Source: Cladosporium halotolerans
Lineage: Eukaryota
Direction: 5' to 3'
Assembly (NCBI RefSeq): GCF_011745625.1
Contig: NW_027191457.1
Coordinates: 1,054,001 to 1,118,000, forward strand
Length of the DNA stretch: 64,000 nt
The stretch's first letter is position 1. Every line of letters starts with the position of its first letter. Positions 45,901 to 55,782 of the stretch are shown piece after piece. The notes below the pieces were generated by a model, which saw only the letters and a list, made by a program, of their open reading frames with translations, did no database searches and was not told the origin of the DNA. A program made the position numbers and the translations under genes.

Positions 45901-47613
45901 CGGAGTAGGCCTGCGACGTCGGATAGTCCCCGCCAAACAGCTTTCACGGCTATCGGACAGCATCCTGCGGAGTACTACAATCAGCTGCCGCTACCTTCGG
46001 AGCCAGCACCTTCGGCGCAGCCATCGAAGATGTCACAAGCTCAGAGCACAAACGAGCCGGCCGAGAGCGCTGCATATCACGGCTCCATCGGCCAGGGCAT
46101 CCGCGCGCGCAATGCCTCAATGAACCAGAACCTCCAGTACGCCGCCTCGGAATCCAGCGCCGACACCCACGATGACATGTACTTTGACGACGGCGGCTTC
46201 TCCGCCGAAGTCCAAAACTCCTCCGGCTACGGCGAAAGCATCAACGAAGAAGAGCTCGACGACCCGGACTTCGCAGGCGGCTACCGAGGCATGGAACCTC
46301 GTGGCTACCACGAGCGCCACGCCAGCGCGATGACTATCACCGGTCGTGACGGGCCTTACCCTACGTTCGCCATGCCCAACCCGGCCAAGGCCGCCCAGCG
46401 CGAGTCACAGATGCTGCTTGAGGATCTCCCCTTGCACGGCCGTGTCGAGCCGCAATGGATCCCGCAGCGGAATCCGTCCGACGATGCGAAGAGACTTGGT
46501 CTGAGTGATCGTGTGCCGCCTCTACCTGCGCAGCCTGGTGCGCCGGATAATATGCCGCAGATGGCGGCGTATCATCAGGCGTTGGCTGATGCGGCGAACC
46601 GTGCTGCGGAGGATGGGAGGTTCGAGAGGCAGGGTAGCGTTTCGACTGCGAAGAGTAGTGTTTATCCTGGCGAGGAGCAACAAGCCCGTCGTGACGGTCA
46701 GGATGAGGCCGCGGATGACAAGAGCCGGTACTCACAAGATGAAGCTGGCAATGCATCTGAGAACTACGCTCCGTCGGCGGCGCCTGGGGACGAGAACATG
46801 AACGCCACCGACTCTCACAACGCCAACAACGCCCGCTTCTCCCAAGCCAGCGCCGCCTACACCATGCCCCGCATGTCCGGCTTCGACTTTGGCTTCAACG
46901 CCTCCTCCTTCCCCTCCGACGACTCCAACGCCGCCCCTACCGACGACTTCAACACCGCCCACATCGACGACGACGCCTACGATCCCGACGAAGAAGCCTT
47001 CATCGCCGCCGCCAACGCCGACGCCCTCGCCCACGACTCCGCCGGCTACTACGGCCAGGAATTCGGCTTCTACGCCCGCGCCCGCTCCGACTCCGCCGGC
47101 TCCGGCCCAGGCTCCCACGGCAAGCACGCCCAGCTCCCGCCCCTCGAGGCCATCAACGGCGGCTTCTTCGGCGCCGACGGCGAGGACCCCCTCAAGAGGC
47201 AGAAGTCCGGCCGCGAGCCCGACCTCACGCCCATCACCGAGCGCAGCGAGTTCAGCGCCCGCAACTCCTTCATCAACTTCGGCCCCGCCAGCGCCGCCTC
47301 CTGGGGCGTCGGCAGCCCGGCTCTCGCGCGCTTGCCCCTGAGCCCGCTCGTCGGCGACGCCGCCGCGCAGGGGCACAAGAGCCGCGCCAGCGGCGGCGGC
47401 TATTTTGGCGTTTCCCCCCCGCCCGCTTCCGCGGGTTTGGTGGAGGGGAGGCCTTGGATGAGCGCTGAGAGTCCCGTTTCGGTCAACTCGAACGCGAGTA
47501 GTGCGAGGGAGAGGGAAGGGGATCCGACCCTTAGGAAGGGGGCGCAGGCGCCGGTGGGTGGGGAGGGCGCGGGGAGGGGAGGTGGGAACGGGAATGGGAA
47601 TGGGTGGATTTGA
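42964..47613 (+). CDS. Large, mostly disordered hypothetical protein (~1550 aa)
   Basis: Single long ORF with short motif-like islands (KTRLLNPMALLVRRRS, FDPRIRGKIVHDFNAPR, SNASRFSF, YYGQEFGFY, REPDLTPITERSEFSARNS). Confidence 0.82.
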   Translation: MFAKARRHRDSLSSNPASRTPVSPLDQHFDLSRGADPQLHAGLHSPISLASADDRDRPSADSVRRLTGDGPRRSTVSLQPPVLPPIPRVASRNEGDAGLHSRREKEQGRRGDGELLRENNAAGAFSSGKQAAPFGSDISRPASAIAAAPPVLAPLDIPSVTTTEPWPEIDFDKPKMEATMFPRPQPQAPGDPYTAGPPMSRSFVDSRDRPYSHNVQRPPAVASSYSSPNMLDSTPQVKAAQAPRSSPTPAASLDNVRNTPSATSTNYSGSTARPSIKSTKSASASASTLTQTIGTPYSETSAAFPAPQHVATRPKTMGSSSTVAGVMVPTHHTNSLNKDHSKPEKRKTRLLNPMALLVRRRSGQDAVAVPDEAERRAHAQAQARQQRVATAGINNIPEDFDPRIRGKIVHDFNAPRPRRTVSSNDAGFRPSVDQQMHSHDSMPAIPSMSGQEQQQRQSTHSTQPSDVSSRHSRHTPIFIEHLYDEPGPSTQEHSIQAERLENKDFLKRASHQSNSGQEGAFLPPFARRSQQLDPMQASFYHDDDSDKRSSNQSNLAQRESTASSGVPVSPIVVGMNNNQADGQDKKPRPVSDMSMLGGRFDAPTSHPTTFYNGDRDSRLTTHTQSPSVSTMNENASPSQGPSRPQSQSPPTKAIHPALRNIISGPNSPKPAFPDHTSAHSSPAFNSSAASTPEPAVADAAVTLQPPNTPPRLVEKRASAVGHTKPAASLTPKHAASNASRFSFQLDASAAEEKALEEKHRRMASGTHQRKQSVTEQDEDDDEYFDEGAMDDEDEMEAEMRMHDNAQFQHQPKIHVAQSDTSSVYDEDAPHARRDPEQTYAEHPAFRGHSAVYSSKHDSMAPSSRYSSDASVYASNGWNPQHSRFMSDSTMMTVGDQEGNGQGMPRNDFYMQPQAAAFGIGAPGETAGGRVPNRDSVMTVSTVHSNGAHQMPQAGNNAVPAPSNMQHPNFSGFKFSDSPERSRPATSDSPRQTAFTAIGQHPAEYYNQLPLPSEPAPSAQPSKMSQAQSTNEPAESAAYHGSIGQGIRARNASMNQNLQYAASESSADTHDDMYFDDGGFSAEVQNSSGYGESINEEELDDPDFAGGYRGMEPRGYHERHASAMTITGRDGPYPTFAMPNPAKAAQRESQMLLEDLPLHGRVEPQWIPQRNPSDDAKRLGLSDRVPPLPAQPGAPDNMPQMAAYHQALADAANRAAEDGRFERQGSVSTAKSSVYPGEEQQARRDGQDEAADDKSRYSQDEAGNASENYAPSAAPGDENMNATDSHNANNARFSQASAAYTMPRMSGFDFGFNASSFPSDDSNAAPTDDFNTAHIDDDAYDPDEEAFIAAANADALAHDSAGYYGQEFGFYARARSDSAGSGPGSHGKHAQLPPLEAINGGFFGADGEDPLKRQKSGREPDLTPITERSEFSARNSFINFGPASAASWGVGSPALARLPLSPLVGDAAAQGHKSRASGGGYFGVSPPPASAGLVEGRPWMSAESPVSVNSNASSAREREGDPTLRKGAQAPVGGEGAGRGGGNGNGNGWI

Positions 47614-48185
47614 CGGGTGGGTGCTTTTTATGGGCGTTTTTGAGCGGGCGTGCTTGTGAGCATTGTGTGCTTGTGCTGTTATGAAAGGGGTTTTTTTTTC
47701 TCTTTTTTCTGGCGTTCTGGGATTTGATGAGTTGGTTTGCGTTTTCGCTGCTTTGAGGATATCCCCGATCGTTCGAGTACGCGCGAGATTAGCTTTTTTT
47801 TTCTTTTTTCTGGCCGTTTCTACTGGAGGCTGTTGATACTTTGTTCTATACCTATTATTCTTTCTTTGTCGATTTTATCAGAATAGAATCATTCGGCGTA
47901 GTATGTTTCACAGTGTAAGTGAAGGATGTGGTGTACCACATTTGCTCATCAGTTTCTTTGAAGTTTAGGATGAAACCTGGCTAAAAGCTGGCTCTATGAG
48001 CTGCCGGAGACGTTCATCAACCGTGTGGTTCCGATGCTCCTTTGTTATTTGAAGTAACGCTAGTATAACCAGGCCGTGCTGGCGCTTCATAGTTATTAAA
48101 TGGTGGTATCAAAGTTTCAAATCTCCGGCTTTAGTCCTCATCGCCACCTAGCCTTGCCCCGATGCATTCTTGCGCCATACTCTCG

Positions 48186-50321
48186 TCAACCAGTACATCT
48201 CTCCCAAGGTTCGCGGTATTCCAGACCCAGCCCTTCAAACACCCTCTTCTCTGCCTGCTCCATCGTCTCCGCTCTGCCCTTCCCAAGGGTGCCGTCGTAC
48301 CCAAAAAACCCTTCCACATCTACCACTTCGCCGTTTGCTCGGTCTCGCACACCAGAAGAATCAAACTTCCATCCTTTTACATTCTTCGCATACCGCCGCA
48401 AGTCTCGCTGGAACGTCGTGCCGCCCGACCAGCCCATCACCGCACAGCCTACTGTTCGCCACGGCGAGACGATGATGTCCACTCGCCGGTGGATGTTTGG
48501 GTTCTTCGCTTTGGGGTCCGCCGCGATGTCAGCGTCTTTCGTTGGCCAGGACGGCTCTTGCCAAACGACGAGCGCTTTGTCAAGTGTGTCGAAGCCGTGG
48601 CCGCCGCCGCCGGTGCGGAAGGGCAGCGTTTGCTGATCGCGGTTGGTGGAGTTCAGCGAAAGGAGCAGCGTGTGCGTGATCCAGCCTTCGTCTTCGAGAG
48701 AGGTCACGATGTCGTTCACGATGTGCAGGGTCTGCGATTCGTCTGGGTGCGAAACAATGATGTCCACGTCGCCGCTGGCTTCTTTCCTTCGACGATAGCC
48801 ACCGACGATCAGAGATTGCACGCGCTCGTCTCGCACTTTGCACGCATGCCGGTGCACCGTCCGCCCGATCTCTTCGACTTCCGCGCGCGGAATCAAGTCC
48901 AGAAACTCATCGTAGAACTTCACCCCGATCTGCTGCACACGGCTGAGCGTCTTCCACCCGTAATCCACAATATCGTCCAAATCCCGCCATCCCTTATCGA
49001 AGTAAAACTCCCTCGCCGTCGTGGCTCCCACGCCCCAAATCTCGTAAAACAGCCGCAGCACTTTCAGATCCTCGTCCGCCTCAATGTCCTCCACCGCTCT
49101 GATCTTCCCCGTATTCGCCCATTCGACAAAGAGGTTGGCGATCTTCGCATCGCAGCCCGGCAGCGCCAGGATCTCGCGCGGATTGCCGATCTTGTACGGG
49201 TACGCGGCCAGCGAGGCAATACTTGTGCTGTACGCCCGCACGCCGATCTCGTCGTTCGTCAGCAGCCGCGCGAGCTTGATCTTCTTCAGCTGCGCGATGA
49301 AGGCCTCGTTCGCCTGCTCCGCCGGCGTCAGCCGCTGGCAGGCATACTTAATGCCTGCTGCGACCCACGCGGGCTTCTCGGGGATGTCGCTCGAGGCGCC
49401 GGAGTCGGCTTCGGAGGTGGTCGTTTGGAGGAGGTGCGCGTGGGGTTGTTTGGCAGTGGGTTGGCCGCCGGCGGCCCAGCTGGCGGTGCTGGATGCTGTT
49501 GGGGCGATGCCGAATTTGCGTTTGCCGAAGCGGTCGAGTTTGGAGGTGTTGGGGGCGTCTTCTTTTGCTCGCTCGAGGATTGAACTGGGTGATGAGAGGG
49601 GTTGTTGGGTGCGGGTGGTGTGAGGTGTTGATGGTGCCGCTTGAGAGTTGCCTTGCGTCCCGGCCGTAGGGGCCGCTGGTGGATCAGGCTTCGTGATTCT
49701 TCGACCTTGGTATGTGACAAATGCATCTAACGGGAGACATCTACCAGCCACTTGAGATTCCGCAAACCAGTCCACTTTGACCACTTTGACAAGATCATGA
49801 TCCATCGGTGGCGGAACTTTCACGTCTGGGCTTCTCATCGAGCTTTTGCGTTTCCTTTTCCTGGCGTTTGGTGATTTCAGAACCTCGGTGTCTCCCTCAG
49901 AAGCCGTGCTCGAATCGTCAATCACGATGGCCTCCGACGCTTCCTCTGACACTTTTCGCTTTCCTCCCGTCTTGACTCTCTTTGGAGACGCTTGAGATCT
50001 GACTGATGCATCTTCCTCCGCGCTGGAACGAACATTCGCTTTCGCCTCCTCAGTCCAGAGGCCCTTGGACTTCAGATCAAAGATGATCCGCGGTTTCCGA
50101 GTGACTTTGCTCAGGACTATATTGGCTTCGGTTGGGTCGTATGTCAATGATGCTCCAGCTTCAACTAAGCCTTCTTCAAGCTCGTGGAGATCTTCGATTT
50201 CGAAATGAGTGGCTGAGACGAAGATTGGTGGGAGATAGGAGAGGTCCAATGAGTTTCCGGTCGGGTCGGCTGGAGGAGACGATCCTTGTAAAGTTGGAGA
50301 GTATGTTGCAACGTCCGCCAT
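48186..50321 (-). CDS. Family X DNA polymerase, Pol mu/Pol IV-like, with N-terminal BRCT-like region
   Basis: RAYSTSIASL, LPGCDAKIA and IWGVGATTA (HhH), GGYRRxKxxSGDVDII, RRVDII, and the GW motif (MGWSGG) of the mu/TdT branch. Confidence 0.93.
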   Translation of the reverse strand: MADVATYSPTLQGSSPPADPTGNSLDLSYLPPIFVSATHFEIEDLHELEEGLVEAGASLTYDPTEANIVLSKVTRKPRIIFDLKSKGLWTEEAKANVRSSAEEDASVRSQASPKRVKTGGKRKVSEEASEAIVIDDSSTASEGDTEVLKSPNARKRKRKSSMRSPDVKVPPPMDHDLVKVVKVDWFAESQVAGRCLPLDAFVTYQGRRITKPDPPAAPTAGTQGNSQAAPSTPHTTRTQQPLSSPSSILERAKEDAPNTSKLDRFGKRKFGIAPTASSTASWAAGGQPTAKQPHAHLLQTTTSEADSGASSDIPEKPAWVAAGIKYACQRLTPAEQANEAFIAQLKKIKLARLLTNDEIGVRAYSTSIASLAAYPYKIGNPREILALPGCDAKIANLFVEWANTGKIRAVEDIEADEDLKVLRLFYEIWGVGATTAREFYFDKGWRDLDDIVDYGWKTLSRVQQIGVKFYDEFLDLIPRAEVEEIGRTVHRHACKVRDERVQSLIVGGYRRRKEASGDVDIIVSHPDESQTLHIVNDIVTSLEDEGWITHTLLLSLNSTNRDQQTLPFRTGGGGHGFDTLDKALVVWQEPSWPTKDADIAADPKAKNPNIHRRVDIIVSPWRTVGCAVMGWSGGTTFQRDLRRYAKNVKGWKFDSSGVRDRANGEVVDVEGFFGYDGTLGKGRAETMEQAEKRVFEGLGLEYREPWERCTG

Positions 50322-50386
50322 GGTTTTCAGAAGAATGCTACGAATCTTCGAGACGTTTTCGCTCGCGATCTCGGGAATAGACTTTC

Positions 50387-50494
50387 ACGCGTTACATTGC
50401 CAATTGCTTGTCGGTTTGCCTTCACGGAATAGTTTTGAGAGCAACATAATCTTGATCGCTCTTCCGCTTTCATGCATGTTCTGATTCAACGCGT
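50387..50494. promoter_or_regulatory. Two ACGCGT (MCB-like) elements in the PolX/MTG1 divergent promoter
   Basis: ACGCGT at 50387 and 50489 in a relatively AT-rich 458-bp spacer. Confidence 0.45.
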
Positions 50495-50779
50495 TCTGTT
50501 CTGTATATGCGAACAACAATAAATCCTCTGTCAATGATGGAAAGACGCCTCATTTTCCATACTCGTAGATAGATATCTTGGAGAATGTAAGATTGTAAGC
50601 ATTAGAGACATAACAGCACGTCCGAACGTCATCGCAACAACCCTAACCCTCGGGACCCTGAATGCCGCTGCCGGCCTCACCTCCGAGCCATCAACATCAG
50701 GCTTGCGACCTCCGAACGTCTAGAGCTAACCCATCGCTTGATGGCATTGACTTTAGCCCATCGTTGACCGCAGGCCACC

Positions 50780-51900
50780 ATGGCCACCCCATTTGTACCA
50801 CGAGCAGTATTCCCGCTGCTCGACTCGGTCCCGCGCTCTTACTACCTCGGCCACCATGCCGCTGGCCTCGCCAAAATGCGAACGATGCTCTCGCAGATCG
50901 ACCTGATCATCGAATGCAGAGACTACCGCGTGCCGCTCACATCGCATAATCCGCTGTTTGAAGAGAGTTTGGCAGGAAGGGAGCGCATGGTGGTGTATAC
51001 GAAGAAAGACCTGGGCCGAAAAGGAGGCGAAGAGGACAATAAGGTGCGTCGTTGTATGGCAAGGCCAGGCGGAGCGAAGGCAGGAACAGCAAGGCTGATA
51101 TGTAGAACTTTGTAATGTAGCGAGAAGCTCTGCTGCGCAAATGGCACCATCCGTCTCCCGTTCTCTTCTCAGACCAGCACGCCACGCGTGATATCCGAAG
51201 GGTGCTTGAGCACATCAAAACGGCCAACACGACCCGCAACAGCCTGACGGGCTCCCACCTCATGGTCGTCGGCATGCCGAATGTAGGGAAATCTTCTTTG
51301 CTCAATGCTCTCCGCCGCGTAGGCGTGGGCAAGGGCAAAGCTGCGAAGACGGGCGACCAGCCTGGCGTGACGCGCACGATCGCTCGGTCCGGCGTCAAGA
51401 TCTACGACGCGGCGGAAGAAGGGACTGATGGCGGCAGCGTCTACCTCATGGACACACCGGGTGTGTTCGTGCCGTATGTGCCGGACGCCGACCACATGCT
51501 CAAGCTGGCGCTTTGCGGAAGTGTCAAAGACACCATCATCCCGCCGTTCACGCTGGCGGACTATCTGCTGTTTCAGATCAATTTGTACGGCCCGAAGGTC
51601 TACAAGGAGTACCACCCGCCTACCAACAATGTCACCGAGCTGCTGGAAGCGATCGCGAGGAAGAACGGCCGGTTAGGCAAGGGAGGTGTCCCTGATATGG
51701 AGGCTTCCGCGCTGTGGTTGATCCAGAGATGGCGTGATGGGAAGCTTGGTCACTTTGTGCTCGACGATGTTACTGAAGAGGCCGTCGAGAAGAAGCTTTC
51801 GCATGATCAGGTTGCTCCCAGCAGTTTGAACCAGGCGCGGAAGGCTCACAAGGAGGTGCAGAGGGCGAGGGCCAAGACCAGGAAGAGTTCTGCAGCGTGA
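50780..51900 (+). CDS. MTG1: Mitochondrial ribosome-assembly GTPase (RbgA/YlqF family); intron 51044-51120
   Basis: GHHAAGL, IIECRDYRVPLTSHNP, YTKKD (G4) placed before VGMPNVGKSS (G1), PGVTR and DTPG (G3): circularly permuted GTPase. Confidence 0.93.
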
Positions 51901-52965
51901 GCTCGCTTGCTGAGAGAAGCAAAGCATTGATACTGAGTGATGATGTCCTCGCGGCCGTTGTCAACAGCGAAGGATGAGGCTGCGCCACGGCATTCATCAT
52001 CGCCGAACCTCTCAGTCTACTGAGAGGCTTGCGCCGCTTGTAGATGGCGAAGGACCATCGGTCGAGCGCAGAGCGGTCTAGTGCGAGATCTCCACTTATC
52101 TTCGTCCATCTCGCAAGGAGTCACAAGCGTTGGAAGGCGCGGAGTTGCCCAAGGCATGGCTACTGTGTCTGCGGGTGTCTTGAAGTTATGGCTCTCTGCC
52201 GATGTCGAGATTGTGGCTGAGAAGGCCGCCAGGTGGATCTGTTGCAAGGATCCGAGAAGAGAGATGTGATCACATGCACTCAGGAAGTGAGGCTCAAGGA
52301 CGGCTTATCAGTGGTGTGGACAGATGGTTGGTGCAGAGAAATAGTCGGGAATGAGTCTAGGTAAGCTGATCTCCCGCCCTGCAATGCGCGATGTCCTCTG
52401 ACAGGCGAGAAGACAGTGTAATATAGCATAATCTTGATGCGAAGGCTCTTTTACCAGAAGCGAGCGGCATTTTGCGAGCAATGGCTCAAATACCGCAAAC
52501 GGGACGCCAGTGCCACCCGGCGTCCGCCAAATCGATCGTGCCTAACGCCTCTTCATTACTTGACGAGAGCATCCAACATTCTCGCTTTGGCCTCAGGTGT
52601 CGTCACATGGCGTAAGTTAGTGAATCACGTGTGCCTGCGGCGAACAGATGCAGGCCGCCGTGGGCGCTGCGCAACTTGCTCTTTCCTCGCGTTTGCAGAC
52701 AAGGCCGGGCCGGACCTTCTGCACCACAAACAAACACCCACCTTTCTTGCCGGCTTTGCACCTTCGACCTTCGCCAGCAATGCCAATCCTCGACCTCTTC
52801 ACCAAAACGTCACGCAAGAAGCGTAAGTTGAACTCCCCTTCATCCTCCGCTGGGCAAGGGACATCTGGGCAAGGGACATCAGGGAGCAGGCAGCGCGGTT
52901 CTTTGGGTTTTAGCGACGATTCGGGGGAACAAACGGAGGCTTCTAACCCGCAGGACCACGACAAC

Positions 52966-54993
52966 ATGGGTAAGAGCAACAAGTTCGACTGCACCAACCG
53001 CCGCAACGAAGGCGCCGAGCTCGGCAAGTCCATCGGCGACGCTGCGCTGAAGGAGCTGGAGAAGACCCGCAAGGATGCCGCTCGCCACGCCGGAAAGGCC
53101 AGGAAGGCCAGCGGCAGCAGTGCCCGCAGCCTCGATCTAGACAACCTCGGGGTGCACTTCATCGACCTCATCGTGCCCAGCAAGGCCTTGACCGACGACG
53201 GTGTGGCTGCTCTGGTTGAAGGCTTGTATGCTGCAATGAAAGCTGGCGACTCCCAGGCGTCCATTGTGCTCGAAGGCATCAATCTACGCGACAACAGGCT
53301 CACGACACGCTCTCTCGCTACCCTGGCACCAGTGATCGACCTTGCTCAGAACGAGCTCAAGACCATCGTTCTGTCGGAAAACGCCATCACCGTTGAGACC
53401 GACGCTCAAGCCCAAGAGTTTGAGCTCTTCTTGGTCGCTTTCAAGTCTTGCAAGATGCTTCGCAGGCTGGACCTGAGCGCCAACGGCACGCTTGGTGACA
53501 GAGCTCTCGAAATCTTCTGCAAGGTCCACTGCAACGAGCCGGCAATCGAACCCATCGCTCTCGGTGGCGGTCACTCGATTCGCACCTTGGAGGAGTCGCT
53601 CGAGGATGATGATGTCGGATCAGCTGTCACCGACGACGAGAGCACGCACTCTATGGCTTTCGACCCCATGACAGCCGGTGTCTTCCTTCATCGGCGCTGC
53701 GGTCTGCGCTCAATTCCGTACATCTCATTCAACAACATCGGCCTGTCTGACAAGGGCGCCTTGTGGCTCTCTTACATTCTTGAGGATCACTACTTCCCGA
53801 ACCAGCTCACCAACGAGATCAACGCGGCCCCGGCGACCACCTCTGTCGATGCTTACCAGCAGGATGCGGTGGAGGGCGGCATCGATTGGCGTGGCAACGA
53901 GAACACCATCGGCAAATACGGTCTTCATGTTCTCAAGAAGACTGATACGGTTCGCAAGCACTACAAGTACGATAGGCTGGCCTTTTCAGGCCCGGGGAGT
54001 CCTACAAGTCAGAGCACTAAGGATCTTCAGCTGCGCAGGTTCCCTCGGACTTCTGGCGACGATCGTCGCACCAGCCTTCGCACTTTGCATGCTGAAGACG
54101 CCGGCGACCATGGAGTCGCTGATCTTGAGAGCGCACGCAAGCACATCCAGCGTCACATCATCGAAAAGAGCGGCCTCAGCAGCATCGTCCTCTGGGATAC
54201 CGCGCTCTCTATTGTCATCCTCTCTCGAAAGTTGGCCTATATCGCCCCGGCTGCAGTTTCTCGCAATCAGTACGCAGGCCCTTGCCTTTTCATTAGCAGC
54301 CAGGCTCTCGATGATACGCCTGACGCGCGCACTGAGCGCCTCGACTCTGCAGCCATTATCGAAGCCAGCGCGCTCTCCGGCTCCGACGGAGATGAAGGCG
54401 ACACCAACACCGATCCTGCGCCGTCTACCATCACCCGCAAGAGCGGTCTCTCTTACGCTGCCGCATTGTCTGCCGCGTCGGCTCTCACGTCGAACAAGTC
54501 AGAGACCGCCTTGACTGAAGTGACGAACTCTCCGGTCACGCCGAAGCGTACATTCAAAGCTCACCGCAAAGGGGCCTTTAGCGAAGGCTCCGACTTGCAG
54601 GCACTCTCAAAAAAGCTGTCTGAAATCGGCTTGCAGAACGTCGACCGCCGTCCGGAACGCTTTCTGGATTGGCAAAAGGCGAAGCAGGAGCGCGAGAATT
54701 TCCAGTACCGCGACACCTCGACTGCTTGCCAGCTTCCACAGCAACTCTTCGAGCGCATCCATTTTCTGGTCTCTTCCGGTCCGTCTGGGGACTCTGACGG
54801 CGTCAGCGACAGTCAAGCTACAAAGGCCAGGACCGCCACTGCGCTGCTCAGCGCCCGTCAACTGCGCTGCGCCTACGAGTGGGGCCAAAACAGGGAGACG
54901 CTCATGATGGAGTCCCAATGGGGACGCATGACTGAGAGCGCGCAGCGCTGGATGCTCTTGGAGGGAATTGAGTGCCTCGCGTATGAGGTTTGA
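52966..54993 (+). CDS. RNI-like leucine-rich-repeat protein; possible in-frame upstream start at 52780
   Basis: LEGINLRDNRLT, LKTIVLSENAI, LRRLDLSAN and ISFNNIGLSDKGA LRR units. Confidence 0.8.
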   Translation: MGKSNKFDCTNRRNEGAELGKSIGDAALKELEKTRKDAARHAGKARKASGSSARSLDLDNLGVHFIDLIVPSKALTDDGVAALVEGLYAAMKAGDSQASIVLEGINLRDNRLTTRSLATLAPVIDLAQNELKTIVLSENAITVETDAQAQEFELFLVAFKSCKMLRRLDLSANGTLGDRALEIFCKVHCNEPAIEPIALGGGHSIRTLEESLEDDDVGSAVTDDESTHSMAFDPMTAGVFLHRRCGLRSIPYISFNNIGLSDKGALWLSYILEDHYFPNQLTNEINAAPATTSVDAYQQDAVEGGIDWRGNENTIGKYGLHVLKKTDTVRKHYKYDRLAFSGPGSPTSQSTKDLQLRRFPRTSGDDRRTSLRTLHAEDAGDHGVADLESARKHIQRHIIEKSGLSSIVLWDTALSIVILSRKLAYIAPAAVSRNQYAGPCLFISSQALDDTPDARTERLDSAAIIEASALSGSDGDEGDTNTDPAPSTITRKSGLSYAAALSAASALTSNKSETALTEVTNSPVTPKRTFKAHRKGAFSEGSDLQALSKKLSEIGLQNVDRRPERFLDWQKAKQERENFQYRDTSTACQLPQQLFERIHFLVSSGPSGDSDGVSDSQATKARTATALLSARQLRCAYEWGQNRETLMMESQWGRMTESAQRWMLLEGIECLAYEV

Positions 54994-55782
54994 ATACGGC
55001 ATTGGTGACGGACTCTGGGATGGTACTCCAGTCCTTGCTGAGATGAAATTGGGGGAGTGGATAATGGGAAATTGCCGGGATGGTATCACTTATCAGCGTA
55101 AAGCGGCCTCAGCGGTCATGTTGGCGGTCTGCTAGTATCGTTATCGCAGGAAGATCCCGATGAAATGGTTTTTGGTTTTACAACTTGTTGGTCACATTGG
55201 TTGCAAAAAGCTGCTCTCCGGTAGCCTCTTAGCATAGTCCAATTATGATCACACGCATTGAAGCGCGATGTATTTCCCCTCTGTTTGCGCATTTTCGATA
55301 GGATCTCAGACTTTCTGCGTTTTTCCCGTGATTGGACTCGAGCCATAAGAAACCGTCACTTTCACAGTATCACAACTCCTCTGTCGCGGAGTATTGGCTC
55401 CAAAACAAGCGCCAGCCAAGCCGCAGCGCAGACGTGCTTGAGTCTCCCCATCACGCAACCGGCTTCACGACTTCAAGCGTCCCGCGACCCAATGACAACT
55501 ACCAAATCGTCCTACAGCCATGCCGCTTATTAGAAGCCTTATCGCTTTGCCGCAGTCGCCACGCTGCAATCGGGAAGTTTAGAGGGACCCCGAAATGACA
55601 CCATCTCGCCGTCCATGCACACCATGCGCTCGCCATGTGGGCATTTGCTCAACGGTAGCTGAAGGATGTCTTACCTCGCATTGAAGCAGCTCTAACCTGG
55701 CATTGCAAAGGCTTAAGTAACCGACTCGGATATTTCGCTGTCCCTCTAACGATCTCATTCTTAAGAGCGATACAACGCGACC

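Noticed and set aside
51950..52270. Cys-rich translation (CPRHGYCVCGC...CRCRDC) downstream of MTG1
   Set aside because: Short, bounded by stops and lacking coding bias; probably chance.
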